Part shown: positions 19,390 through 29,581 of the stretch, in pieces | Numbering within the stretch: position 1 is the first letter of the stretch | Layout: the number at the start of each line of letters is the position of its first letter | Assembly: GCF_030150285.1 (NCBI RefSeq) | Contig: NZ_JASLGE010000074.1 | Span: forward strand, 25,721-89,720 | Origin: Pseudomonas sp. | GTDB taxonomy: Bacteria; Pseudomonadota; Gammaproteobacteria; Pseudomonadales; Pseudomonadaceae | DNA length: 64,000 nt | Reading direction: 5' to 3' | The notes under the pieces: model-generated | Told to the model about the DNA's origin: nothing | Databases searched by the model: none | The model's input: only the letters and a program-made list of their open reading frames with translations | Position numbers and translations under genes: made by a program

Positions 19390-20721
19390 ATGTTTAAACG
19401 AATCCTTGGCTACCAAACACTGTTAGTGGTGGTGATCTTTGCGGGGAGTTGGGGCGTCGCCTTGTGGTCGTGGCGCGACCATTACCGTCTGCCGACGGCG
19501 CAAGAAATTGTTACCCATTTCCTGATGATACCGACGGCGCTGTGCCTGGGGTATTGGGGCCTTTATCAGAGCGTTGAGTGGTTGAAGCGCCGCCGATCAG
19601 GTGTTACTGAGGCATTGGCTGGCACCGGGCCGTCATCGAATACCAAACCCGCTCTGCCGCTGCAGATACGAGATTGGAGCATACAGTTGCCCGTGGGCGA
19701 CGAGCCTGCAACGGTTTTTGAGGCACTCAAAGCGCGAGAGCGACCAGCCCTTCATCCCACACTGAAAGATGCAAACGGCTTTCCACGGCGTATCGCTTGG
19801 GTCGATACCTTGAGCACTGAAGACTTCATTGAATCAGGGCAAGCGCATCCACTGCCCATTGATGTCCGGCGCGCACTGCTGCTGGCGCTGGAGGTCCTGG
19901 AACCTTTGCTGATGCGTCATGTGGAACGTGAGTTTCTCGATACCCTTGAGCCTCAAGCCCCGTTGCCGGTGCACTTTATTGTCCCCGCTCGCTGGTCGAC
20001 TGACACCCAGGCAGCGGCACGGCAATGGCTGGTATCGGCCCTTGCGCCCTTTTCCGAGAGTGGCCTTGAGTGCGCTGTGTTGGTAAGCAGTGCGGCCGAC
20101 ACTCGCCAAGTGCTGAGCTTTCTTGAACAGTTGCGCCGGGCCGAGACGCTGGAAGCTGACAATGCGCAGCAGGTCGTAGTCGCAGCTGATTCGTTCATTC
20201 AGGATCAAACATACGCGGGCCCGTTACCGGAAGCCTCTGGAGAGGGGGCGTGTGCGTTGCTGATCGCCCAGGGGCTGCTCCCCGCAGCCTCAACGCCACA
20301 AGCGGTCATTGTTCATCCATTTGATAGCGAACAACGTACGCAATCGGTGGATCTGCCCGGGCAGGCACGATCCCCGGCGCTTCAACAATTGCTCCAACCG
20401 TACAGCGCGGGCCCTACCCGGATCGGCGCGGTGTTCATCGATGCGGCCCCGCACACCTCTCGGCAAACCGAACTCTTGGCCGCTGTGCACGCAACGCTTC
20501 CCGACTTGGACCCCATCAGTGAGTGCCTGAGTTTGCCGATGTGTTGTGGGGAGATGGGCCCCGTGACATCGCTGGTTTCATTGGCGTTAGCGGCGTCAAA
20601 CAGCCTTGAGACGCAGCAGGACTGCTTGTTGGTCTCGATGTATGACCCCCTTTGGCGAGCGGTATGCCACATCCAGCCATCGCCGCCACCGGCTCAAAAA
20701 CCCCTTCAGGACTTCGCATGA
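19390..20721 (+). CDS. Two-TM membrane protein with ketoacyl-synthase/thiolase-like C-terminus upstream of tssM (TsmK-like)
   Basis: N-terminal TM pair; GEGACALLI and GEMGPVTSLVSLALA motifs; directly upstream of tssM. Confidence 0.6.
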   Translation: MFKRILGYQTLLVVVIFAGSWGVALWSWRDHYRLPTAQEIVTHFLMIPTALCLGYWGLYQSVEWLKRRRSGVTEALAGTGPSSNTKPALPLQIRDWSIQLPVGDEPATVFEALKARERPALHPTLKDANGFPRRIAWVDTLSTEDFIESGQAHPLPIDVRRALLLALEVLEPLLMRHVEREFLDTLEPQAPLPVHFIVPARWSTDTQAAARQWLVSALAPFSESGLECAVLVSSAADTRQVLSFLEQLRRAETLEADNAQQVVVAADSFIQDQTYAGPLPEASGEGACALLIAQGLLPAASTPQAVIVHPFDSEQRTQSVDLPGQARSPALQQLLQPYSAGPTRIGAVFIDAAPHTSRQTELLAAVHATLPDLDPISECLSLPMCCGEMGPVTSLVSLALAASNSLETQQDCLLVSMYDPLWRAVCHIQPSPPPAQKPLQDFA

Positions 20722-20758
20722 ATTTGCGCACCACGTTAGCCCCGGGAATTGTTTATCC

Positions 20759-23700
20759 ATGACTAGCCGTCTCTCCGCATTTTTTTCCAACTCTCGTGTG
20801 CTGGCCGTTATTGGGCTATTGATTGTCGCGGGCTTGCTCTTTCTTAATGCTGCTGCGTTGAAAAAAGTACTCCTTGTGCTGTTGGTGGTGGCGCTGATTG
20901 CCTTGGCGGCCGCTTGGCTGTGGCGACGCGTGGTGGCCAAGAAATCGGCGGCGGCACTGCATCAGATGGTGGCTGGCGCAGAGGGTGACACGCCAGAGTT
21001 ACAGCAACGGCTGGAAGAAGCACTTCAAGCGATCAAGTATTCGCGGCTTGGGCGTCGCCGAGGGTCTGAGGCACTCTACGAATTGCCGTGGCTGATGGTG
21101 ATCGGTAACCCTGCCGCCGGCAAAAGCTCGGCGGTCCTTAACTCGGGGTTGACCTTTCCCTTTAATGATCATAAGGGGGCTGCGCTGCAAGGGATCGGCG
21201 GTACGCGCAATTGCGATTGGTACTTCACCACGGAAGGGATCTTGTTGGATACCGCTGGGCGTTATGCCGTGCAGGAGGCGGATCGAGGCGAGTGGTTGTC
21301 TTTCCTCGGCCTGTTGCGCAAGCACCGCCCGCGCGCCCCGATCAACGGGATTGTGATCGCCGCCAGCGTGGCCGAGCTGACCGGGCACTCGCCAGAGTTC
21401 GCCATCGATTTGGCCAAGAAGCTGCGGCAACGGGTTCAGGAATTGACCGAGCGCCTTGAGGTGATCGCGCCGGTGTACGTGGTCTTCACCAAGGTCGACT
21501 TGATAAACGGCTTCCATGATTTCTTTCAGGCGCTGGAACCTCAAGAGCGAGAAAAAGTATGGGGAGCGACCTTTGCCTTCAACGCCCAATCAGGACCCGA
21601 TGTCGTCAGCCTGTTCGACCAGCACTTCGATGAGTTGTGTGACGGCCTGAAGGACATGAGTCTGGCGCAGATGGCGCTTAACCGGGGAGGTGTTCAGGCA
21701 CCGGGGTTATTGACCTTGCCGCTGGAGTTCAAGGGCATCAAGGCCTGCTTAAGTACCTTCTTGATGGCGTTGTTCGAGGACAATCCTTATCAATACAAAC
21801 CGGTATTTCGGGGTTTTTATTTCACCAGTGCTGTGCAGGAAGTGGCCAGTGTTTGCGGCCTGTCCAATGAAATTACCCGACGCTTTGGGCTGAAAGCGAT
21901 AGGCCATGCCGACGCAGAGGGGGCAGAGGCCGTAGAGCAACAGCTGTCCCGCCATAGCTACTTCCTACTGGATCTGTTTCGCAAAGTGGTGTTCGCGGAT
22001 AGGCAACTGGTGCGCCAATATTCCAGTCGTTCACGCACGCGCAAACGCTCTGTGGCGTTCGTTGGCACTGCGTTATTGCTCGGCACCAGCCTGGCGGGCT
22101 GGGCGTGGAGTTACACCAACAATCAACAGTTGGTCAGCAACGTGCAGGCCGATTTGCGTCAAGCCCAGGATATCCAGAAGGATAGGATTGACTTGCAGTC
22201 GCGGCTTGAAGCACTGCAGGTAATTCAAGACCGCCTGGGCCAGTTACAAAAGTACCGTGACGATCACCCGTTGATGCTGGGGCTGGGTCTCTATCAAGGC
22301 ACGGCACTCGAAGCCAAGCTTCGGCATGAGTATTTTCAAGGGATGCGCCAGGTGATGCTGACACCGGTAGCAGAACAACTGGAGTCGTACCTGCGGGAGG
22401 TCGGCGTGAAATCAGCTGCGCTCAAGCCCGCGAAATCGTCGACCTCGGCCAGCACAGTGGCGGTCGGCGTCTACCAGCCGCCGTCGCCAAACAATGTCCA
22501 GGATGCTTATAACGCCCTGAAAGCCTATTTGATGCTGGGGACTGCCGAACGGGTAGAACCTGTCCACCTGAGCGACCAGCTAACCCGCTTCTGGCGCCTA
22601 TGGCTGGAGGACAATCGCGGCAGTATGGAGCGGGAGGACATGGCGCGCCGCGCCGAACGCTTGATGAGTTTCTATATCCGCCAATCGAGCGCAACGGATT
22701 GGCCAGTACTGGAGACCAAGGTCACATTGGTCGATGACTCTCGTCGTATTCTCAGCGCAGTGATGCAAGGGTTGCCGGCACGTGAGCGGGTGTATGCGGA
22801 GCTCAAAGCCAGGGCTGCTACGCGCTACCCCAGCGTGACGGTAGCGGGATTGCTGGGGGAGGGCGACAAGATTTTTGCCGGGAGTTATGCCATTTCGGGC
22901 ACCTTCTCTCGAGAAGCGTGGGAAGGGTATGTCAAACAAGCCATTCGTGATGCGTCCAATAAGGAACTGAACACCACTGACTGGGTACTGCAGAACGCAC
23001 GTGCGGATGACCTGACGCTGTCGGGTAGCCCGGAACATATCCAAAAAGAATTAGAGCACTTGTACACCCAGGAATACATCACAGAGTGGAAGAGGTTTGT
23101 GCAAGGCATCACCGTGGCCAGCTTTTCCAATTTTAGTGACGCCAGTGCCGCAATGAACCAACTGGGCGACCCGCAAAATTCGCCGATGCGTAAGCTGATA
23201 GAGGCGATTTACCAGCAGACGTCCTGGGACAATCCCTCGTTGATCAATGAGGGGATCCAAACGGCAAAAGGAGGTTTGTTGAGCTGGTTCTCCAGTGCGC
23301 CTGCCGAGGGCCAGGCACTGGTGCGCGGCAGTGTTGGGGACATTCCGGTCGGTCCCGTAGGCCTTGAGTTTTCAGGGATCGCCCGTCTTATGGTGGCTCG
23401 CGACAGTGCGCCCTCGCTGCTGCAAAGCTACCTGGAAAATCTGTCCGCTATTCGCACGCGCTTGAATGCCATCCAGACCCAGGGCGACCCTGGACCGGGT
23501 GCTCGCCAGTTGATGGTGCAGACCCTCGACGCCAGTGGCACGTCCGAGTTGTCCGCGGGGCTCAGGTTGGTGGATGAACAATTGCTCTCCAGCATGGACG
23601 ACGGTCAGCGCCGTACATTACGACCGCTGTTGTTATGGCCGATGATTCAAACATTTGGTGCACTGATTCCACCGACCCACAACGAGATCAACAAGGTCTG

Positions 23701-24415
23701 GAAGGCCCAAGTGCATGAGCCATTCCTGCAATCCTTGGCGGGTAAGTATCCTTTCGCGCCTGCTGGGCAAATCGAAGCGGGTACTGCCGAGATTGCCCAG
23801 GTGTTTGGTCCGCAGGGGGCCATTGCCCAGTTCGTGAACGACAGTCTCGGCCCGCTGGTCATCCGGCGCGGCAACAGCCTGGTCAGCAAGCAGTGGGCTG
23901 ATGTCGGGCTCAGCCTGTCGCCCTCCTTGATGACCCATTTTGCGCAATGGGTCGCCCCACTGGGGCAAACGGCGGAAGGTGGCGCGTTGGTGACGTTCCA
24001 GATTCTGCCAGGTTCTGCGGCGGGGTTCAGTGAGTACAGCGTGCTGGTAGGGGACCAACAGCTGCGTTACCGCAACACCCCCGCACAGTGGAACAACTTT
24101 GTCTGGGACAGCAGCAAGCCGAACCAGACCGTCAAAATCAGCCTGGTGACCTACGACGGACGGACGATCGACTTGCAGAGTTTCGTCGGTCAAAACGCGT
24201 TGGGCCAACTGATTCAAAGTGCTCAGAGTCGACAAAACGCGGATGGCTCATACGAACTGCAGTGGCACCAGGACGATTGGGTGGTGCCTGTCACCATGAA
24301 AATCATCAGTAACCCTCGTGCGAATGCCGATGGTAGCCAACGTAAGGGTTTGGACGGCACTCAACTGCCACTCACAGTGGTTGGCCAGGATGTGGCCTTG
24401 GAGAAGCGGCCATGA
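20759..24415 (+). CDS. tssM: T6SS membrane subunit TssM/IcmF
   Basis: LYELPWLMVIGNPAAGKSS, TRNCDWYF, LDTAGRY, FRGFYFTSA; three TM segments. Confidence 0.95.
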   Translation: MTSRLSAFFSNSRVLAVIGLLIVAGLLFLNAAALKKVLLVLLVVALIALAAAWLWRRVVAKKSAAALHQMVAGAEGDTPELQQRLEEALQAIKYSRLGRRRGSEALYELPWLMVIGNPAAGKSSAVLNSGLTFPFNDHKGAALQGIGGTRNCDWYFTTEGILLDTAGRYAVQEADRGEWLSFLGLLRKHRPRAPINGIVIAASVAELTGHSPEFAIDLAKKLRQRVQELTERLEVIAPVYVVFTKVDLINGFHDFFQALEPQEREKVWGATFAFNAQSGPDVVSLFDQHFDELCDGLKDMSLAQMALNRGGVQAPGLLTLPLEFKGIKACLSTFLMALFEDNPYQYKPVFRGFYFTSAVQEVASVCGLSNEITRRFGLKAIGHADAEGAEAVEQQLSRHSYFLLDLFRKVVFADRQLVRQYSSRSRTRKRSVAFVGTALLLGTSLAGWAWSYTNNQQLVSNVQADLRQAQDIQKDRIDLQSRLEALQVIQDRLGQLQKYRDDHPLMLGLGLYQGTALEAKLRHEYFQGMRQVMLTPVAEQLESYLREVGVKSAALKPAKSSTSASTVAVGVYQPPSPNNVQDAYNALKAYLMLGTAERVEPVHLSDQLTRFWRLWLEDNRGSMEREDMARRAERLMSFYIRQSSATDWPVLETKVTLVDDSRRILSAVMQGLPARERVYAELKARAATRYPSVTVAGLLGEGDKIFAGSYAISGTFSREAWEGYVKQAIRDASNKELNTTDWVLQNARADDLTLSGSPEHIQKELEHLYTQEYITEWKRFVQGITVASFSNFSDASAAMNQLGDPQNSPMRKLIEAIYQQTSWDNPSLINEGIQTAKGGLLSWFSSAPAEGQALVRGSVGDIPVGPVGLEFSGIARLMVARDSAPSLLQSYLENLSAIRTRLNAIQTQGDPGPGARQLMVQTLDASGTSELSAGLRLVDEQLLSSMDDGQRRTLRPLLLWPMIQTFGALIPPTHNEINKVWKAQVHEPFLQSLAGKYPFAPAGQIEAGTAEIAQVFGPQGAIAQFVNDSLGPLVIRRGNSLVSKQWADVGLSLSPSLMTHFAQWVAPLGQTAEGGALVTFQILPGSAAGFSEYSVLVGDQQLRYRNTPAQWNNFVWDSSKPNQTVKISLVTYDGRTIDLQSFVGQNALGQLIQSAQSRQNADGSYELQWHQDDWVVPVTMKIISNPRANADGSQRKGLDGTQLPLTVVGQDVALEKRP

Positions 24416-25398
24416 GCCCGAACGTGTTGACCTTGCCGATCAGCTATTTTGGTAAGTTACCTGCGCAGTCTGATTTTGTCCGGCCTGTCGATTATCACCG
24501 GCCCTTAATTGCCATTCTCGATCGCTGGGCAACCGAGGGGCTGGAGCTTCTGGCTGAGGACATCGCCTGGAAAACCTTATACGACAGCGCACCAGGCGTT
24601 CACTTCGCCTTTATGGGGTCGCGCCATCACTCAGTGATTGCTGGACACCTGCTGCCCAGTGTCGACGCCAGCGGCCGACGATTCCCCTTTATGGCCGGCG
24701 TGACGCTCGAAGTAAAAAAACCGTTGGAGTTTCTTGCGCGCAGCCCATTAGCGTTCACCCAACTATGGTCGCGCCTGGGCCGTGAGCTGCCGTTGGCGAA
24801 GCAGTCTGCCGAGCCGACCCGCTACTTGACGGAACTGAGCGAGTACAAAGCCAATCTCACCGTCAGCCCCGATATTCTGCACAACACCTTTGCCGACTTT
24901 ATTGAAGCGCAGACGTTGGGTTCGCTACAGCAGTTGCTCAATGCGGCGGGGCATCAGGTGGATGTCCGGCGCATCTTGCTGGCGCTCGGTTTACTGTTGC
25001 GTCCCGTCATGAGTAGCGGTGCGCCGAAAATGGGTAAGGGCTTGCGCTTACCACTCCCAACCGATCCGCTCTACCGGCATTTGGTTTCAGCCTTCTGGCT
25101 CGATTTGATCGCCGATTTTTTAGGCCGAGCCGATTTCGAATTGATGCTGTTACAACGCATTGATCATCTGCCGGCGATGACGTTGGGGTTTGGCGGCACC
25201 TCTGCCCGTGGACTCTACGGCGTTATCGATCCGCGCATTGAAGAACAAGACACCATCTGGCTGGCAGACCCCGAATGGGTCGAGCAGGAAGTCAGCACCA
25301 GTTATGCGCTAAAGAAATTGTCCATCTACACCAGCCAGCCTGGGCTGTCACTCAACACCGCCAGAGCCACCTTCCGCGAAACATTTTTGGGGTTATGA
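24412..25398 (+). CDS. tagF: T6SS-associated TagF (DUF2094)
   Basis: YFGKLPAQSDFV, PSVDASGRRFPF. Confidence 0.88.
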   Translation: MSPNVLTLPISYFGKLPAQSDFVRPVDYHRPLIAILDRWATEGLELLAEDIAWKTLYDSAPGVHFAFMGSRHHSVIAGHLLPSVDASGRRFPFMAGVTLEVKKPLEFLARSPLAFTQLWSRLGRELPLAKQSAEPTRYLTELSEYKANLTVSPDILHNTFADFIEAQTLGSLQQLLNAAGHQVDVRRILLALGLLLRPVMSSGAPKMGKGLRLPLPTDPLYRHLVSAFWLDLIADFLGRADFELMLLQRIDHLPAMTLGFGGTSARGLYGVIDPRIEEQDTIWLADPEWVEQEVSTSYALKKLSIYTSQPGLSLNTARATFRETFLGL

Positions 25399-25399
25399 C

Positions 25400-26152
25400 A
25401 TGCGTATTGCCATAGGTTTGTTGCTCTCATGGGTATGTTTGGCCGACATCGCTCTGGCTGCTCAGGACAAGATAGTCGTCAGTGGCACCGTGCCCTCCGA
25501 GGCGACAAGGGCGCAGGTGCTCTCCCGTTTGCATGAACTGTACGGTGCCGAGAGCATTACGGATCAGATGGAGGTAGGAAATGTCGTCGCCCCCGCCAAC
25601 TGGGACCAATATGTATTAAAAATGCTGGGCCCGAATTTGCGGCATATTTCCGCTGGGCAGGTTCAGGTGGAAGGCAATCAGATTCGAGTCAGCGGCAATG
25701 TGAAAAACGAAGCGTTGCGCCAAGAGGTTACCAGTGCCCTGGCCAGTTCCTTCAACCAGACTTACCAGGTGCATAATACCCTGCAGGTCAGCTCGGGCCA
25801 GCAAGCGCTGGATGAAACACTGGGCCAGCGCACCATTGAATTTGAAAGCGGGAGCACGATCCTCACAGCCAAGGGCCGAGTCGTGCTGGATGAGATGGCG
25901 CAAGTCATCCGTGAATTGAATAACCCCCGGATCGCGATTATAGGCCACACCGACAACGTTGGGTTGCGCGAGAGCAATATCGAACTCAGCTTGGCGCGGG
26001 CCGCTGCGGTGCGTCAGTACTTGATCGGCAAGCGAATCGAATCCAGCAGCATGTCGGTCACGGGAAGTGGGCCGGATGCGCCGATCGCCGACAACAGTAC
26101 GGCTGAAGGGCGGGGTAAAAATCGTCGAATTGACTTCAAAATAATGAACTGA
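25400..26152 (+). CDS. Periplasmic OmpA-domain protein, TagN-like
   Basis: Signal peptide, BON-like repeats, IIGHTDNVG...NIELSLARA...NRRIDF. Confidence 0.85.
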   Translation: MRIAIGLLLSWVCLADIALAAQDKIVVSGTVPSEATRAQVLSRLHELYGAESITDQMEVGNVVAPANWDQYVLKMLGPNLRHISAGQVQVEGNQIRVSGNVKNEALRQEVTSALASSFNQTYQVHNTLQVSSGQQALDETLGQRTIEFESGSTILTAKGRVVLDEMAQVIRELNNPRIAIIGHTDNVGLRESNIELSLARAAAVRQYLIGKRIESSSMSVTGSGPDAPIADNSTAEGRGKNRRIDFKIMN

Positions 26153-26282
26153 ATAGTGAGCGAAATTGAGACCCGTGGGCCCAGATTTTGGGTGTTGGCT
26201 GATTCGGTTTTTTACAGGGCCATGCGTAATGAGAAGCCTGAAACTTTGTGGCTTCTCGGTATTTTGCGGTAATGGCTTGAGG

Positions 26283-26417
26283 TTACTCCTTAATAAATAG
26301 AGCAGACAAAGCGTATAGAGCTGAAAGTGTTGGGGAAGTGTTTAGAAATACGTCTGCAAGGAGCCATAAGCAAATAAACACGAGTAGGGCGAGCTTTATT
26401 TTCAGATACTTTTTCAT
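26283..26417 (-). CDS. Possible small membrane peptide (44 aa)
   Basis: MKKYLKIKLALLVFICLWLLADVF...; hydrophobic; no family recognised. Confidence 0.3.
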   Translation of the reverse strand: MKKYLKIKLALLVFICLWLLADVFLNTSPTLSALYALSALFIKE

Positions 26418-26460
26418 CGTTGAGTTAGTTCTGTGTGGGCTGTTGATGGTTTTTGTGATG

Positions 26461-26760
26461 TTATTGTCGGGTTGGTGTTGTTGGCTTCGGCGTAGAGAGT
26501 GAGTCCAAGAGTTGAGGTTTAATTTTACAGCTCCAATGATCAGCCTTGCTGATGTATGAGGCGATATCACACTGATGTAGATGCTTATTGATGGCCCTCT
26601 GAGTGATGATTGCCAATTTTGCAATCGCTGCATTGGGGGTAGGTTTTAATGGAATGCCGACGGTGTAAAGTTCAGTTTTTTCTTTATGGGTTTCCACCGT
26701 CGTGCTCAGATATTGGCCATTTTTTACAGTCAGGCCATTTGCAAACAAAGGTGCGTTCAT
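26461..26760 (-). CDS. hypothetical protein (99 aa)
   Basis: AGGA RBS before ATG; AT-rich; no family recognised. Confidence 0.35.
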   Translation of the reverse strand: MNAPLFANGLTVKNGQYLSTTVETHKEKTELYTVGIPLKPTPNAAIAKLAIITQRAINKHLHQCDIASYISKADHWSCKIKPQLLDSLSTPKPTTPTRQ

Positions 26761-26796
26761 TCCTGCTCTCGTGATTTAATTGAGTTGCTTTGCGAC

Positions 26797-27812
26797 TTAC
26801 AACACCGGTGTTGATTGATCCGTACTCCATTGCCATAACGTTGTGCCGTAGTCGCTAGCCTCTATTGCGGGGAAGCGAGTGCCCTTCTGAAAATAGCGAC
26901 GAGAATTGAGTCGGGCCGGGGTGAACCACCAGCCAGATTTCGGGCAGGACTGTCCTGCCGCAATTCCGGCATTAGTTGCAGGATCGCGTAGGGCTTTTGT
27001 ATCAGTTAGATGTTTGGTTTTGTTGGCTCGGTACCAAGCAACCAAGTCCTTGGGGTAATAGAGGTATTTGTGAAGGCTGCTGTCATCCTCTATGCCTAGA
27101 AGAACAACGGCAGCTCCCGCTTCAAAGCTCCAGTAACCAAAGTATCCACCCTCTGCTTTATGGCTGTCGTGCCACGCACAACCCGCGAGGTCTTTATACC
27201 AATGCTTGAGGTAAGTATTTAGCTCTTGGAGCCTTGCTTCGTCGGATAGCTCTGTCAAAGCATAGAATAACGCCCGGTATGGTTTGCTGCAACACAGGTA
27301 GTCGCTTTGATAGCGTTCCTCAGGCCCCACTCCATAACACATGAACTCTTCGAAAAGCGTATCCATGCCGCCACTTTCTTTACTGACACCATCTAGCAGA
27401 GCGGCGATTCTTGGTAGCAGATCCTTTCTGTGTAATAGAAAACAGAGGCCGATGATTTGCATTAGGGTCGCGTAGTCATCAGTAATTGCTAAATCAAATG
27501 CAGGTTGGTTGTAGTCCTCATGATATTTCCAAAGGAAGTTTGCATAACGCTCGTAATTGGCAATAATTCCTCCGATTTTTTTTGTAAGATATCTGCACTC
27601 ACGCCAGCAGTGTAGTCCAGCATCAATAGATTGAATTTGTCAGTGGCGATGCCTTGCGCAAAGAAAATCCTTTCCTTTGGTTCAGTTTTTGAAGAAGCCA
27701 GACTTGCCTCAAGTCCGTCGTCATCGTCAATTATTTGGTTGTGAACCTTGGTGGCTAATTTGTAATATTTTTCTGATAAAAATTGTTGTCTTCTAGTCAA
27801 GTGAAAGCTCAT
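26797..27812 (-). pseudogene. PoNi-like (DUF1910/DUF1911) immunity gene, frameshifted at an A8 tract
   Basis: RRQQFL..LDYTAG N-terminal part and WHDSHK..GYFGYWSFEAGA..YYPKDL C-terminal part are in different frames; one extra A at 27576-27583 joins them. Confidence 0.8.
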
Positions 27813-27816
27813 GAAC

Positions 27817-29337
27817 TTAACCTGCTTTGCTTCTGGCTTTAGGGGGGGTTCCAGCGCGATTGTTAACAACCTGTTCAATTTGGTTGTCGGTCTATTCTCT
27901 TGTTATTTCGTGTGCGGAATGAGTTGATGAATTAATTTTTGAACTCGAACTGTGCAGGATAAGTGCTTCGGCGTGCGCCATTGCGTGAGGAATGGAGAAT
28001 AGAAATACATGCCGGGAATATCCATTTATTCCTGCCTTTATTAAGCGCGGGAAATCTGTTGATCCGGGGCCAATTGCTTTAGAAAGACGATTTTTTATCC
28101 ACTCATGACTCATTTGAGTAACGTTACCGTTCCGCTGCCGTGGAGACGTAGGTGTTGAGTGGCCTTTACCACGGGAATGCCCACCGCCTTTACCTGATAC
28201 AGGTCCACCTGTACTCGCATCACTTCCAGTTTTATCCCCCGCCTCACCGAGCAACGCCCTCAATGATTTGGTGGGATCGAAACTGGCCTTGGCTTCAATG
28301 ATGGCGTACGGCTTACGGCCATTGGACTTCCACACCGCGTCAATCCCCCGTCCCCTGGGAATGCAGGGCCACAGTTGCACCATACGATGCTGATCATTCA
28401 GCTTGGCCAGGTTTTTCGCGCCTACATCGTGAGACGCCTGGCCTTTGCCCCAGCCCTTGACGTGCTGGCAATGGTAGTCGGCCATATGTTCACCTAGCAC
28501 CCCGAGCAATTTGTTGCTGAGCGTCTTGAAGCGGGCCGTTCGCTGGGTATGAGCATTGGGTTGATTTGAATGTACGTCGTTGCTGGCGTCCCGCCGAGCA
28601 TTGCGGCCCTCACCGTTCGGGCTGTTGGGTTTACTGTCAGGGGTTCGGGTGGAGAGCGTGCTTCTGACCGGTGCTTCGGCACTGGTTTTTCGGCCTTGCC
28701 CGAGCCAGCCATCCACTTCTTTTTTGAACCTTGCAAACTGCTTATCCAGGCTGTTGCGGATGCGGTTGACTTGGGCACGCATTTGCGGGGAGAGCTGATT
28801 GATTAGGCGCGGGTTATTGAGGATTTCGTCGAGCTTTTTGCGCAACGGCCCCAGGTCCATTACCTGTCGAAGCAGTTTTTCTGGATCGCCGGAGTAGAAA
28901 CGGCGGATCATGGCCAGCAAATCATCGACGTTTGCCGTGCCACTTTTGACTGCGCGCAACGAGCGTTTGGCGGCATCACCACCGCCGGGGATTACGCCGA
29001 TTAAAGCGGTAATGAGATTAAACCAACCAGCGGCTCCGTCGGGCTCATTCGATACTTCGACCAGGCCTTTGACGATATCACGTGCATCCACGATTTGGCC
29101 CAGCACCGGGACACCGGGGGTTCCCGCGAACTGGGCAATGATCTGGTCGGTTAATACGCCCAACAAAAAATCATATCTGGCAATACGGCTCGGGGTTTTG
29201 CTGTTGTACGAGGCTATGCCCAGCCTACGGCGGCGCTTGTTGACTGCGCCCTGGGTAACCTTGATCAGTTTGGCGATCTGCGCGTCAAGTTGGGTGCCCA
29301 AGAGGGCGTCGAACTTGTATAAATTCATCAGCATCAC
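27817..29337 (-). pseudogene. PoNe-like PD-(D/E)xK nuclease toxin with pre-toxin TG-like region; chimeric N-terminus and probable premature stop
   Basis: GEHMADY, GIDAVW, IIEAK, QMSHEW motifs; TAG at 27892-27894 is followed in frame by 24 open codons ending 4 nt before the immunity ATG. Confidence 0.72.
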
Positions 29338-29581
29338 ATCAGTCGCTGACGGCGGCTTGTAGCCAAGGCCATTTGCAGAACAACGGGGGGGAGGCGGGTG
29401 GCAGGCAATTCACCAGGACCTTTGCCAAAATTACCAATAACAGTAGCGCGAGCGCCGAAAACATCAGGTAGTGGCGCAGGAGCAGGTGCTCGTTGGAGGG
29501 CTTTTTCGAGTTGAAGTGAATAGGGCTGTTCATTGGCGAATTTCGCATCGTCCTTAGGTAATTGCTTCATGCTTTGGGCGA

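Noticed and set aside
20606..20758. Extended N-termini in the ORF track for tssM (likewise clpV, tssE, parD, proC, zorC)
   Set aside because: They overlap upstream genes or lack an RBS; downstream starts fit the family N-termini better.
29339..29548. 69-aa hydrophobic ORF upstream of the PoNe chimera
   Set aside because: No recognisable family; may be a remnant and cannot be supported as a gene.
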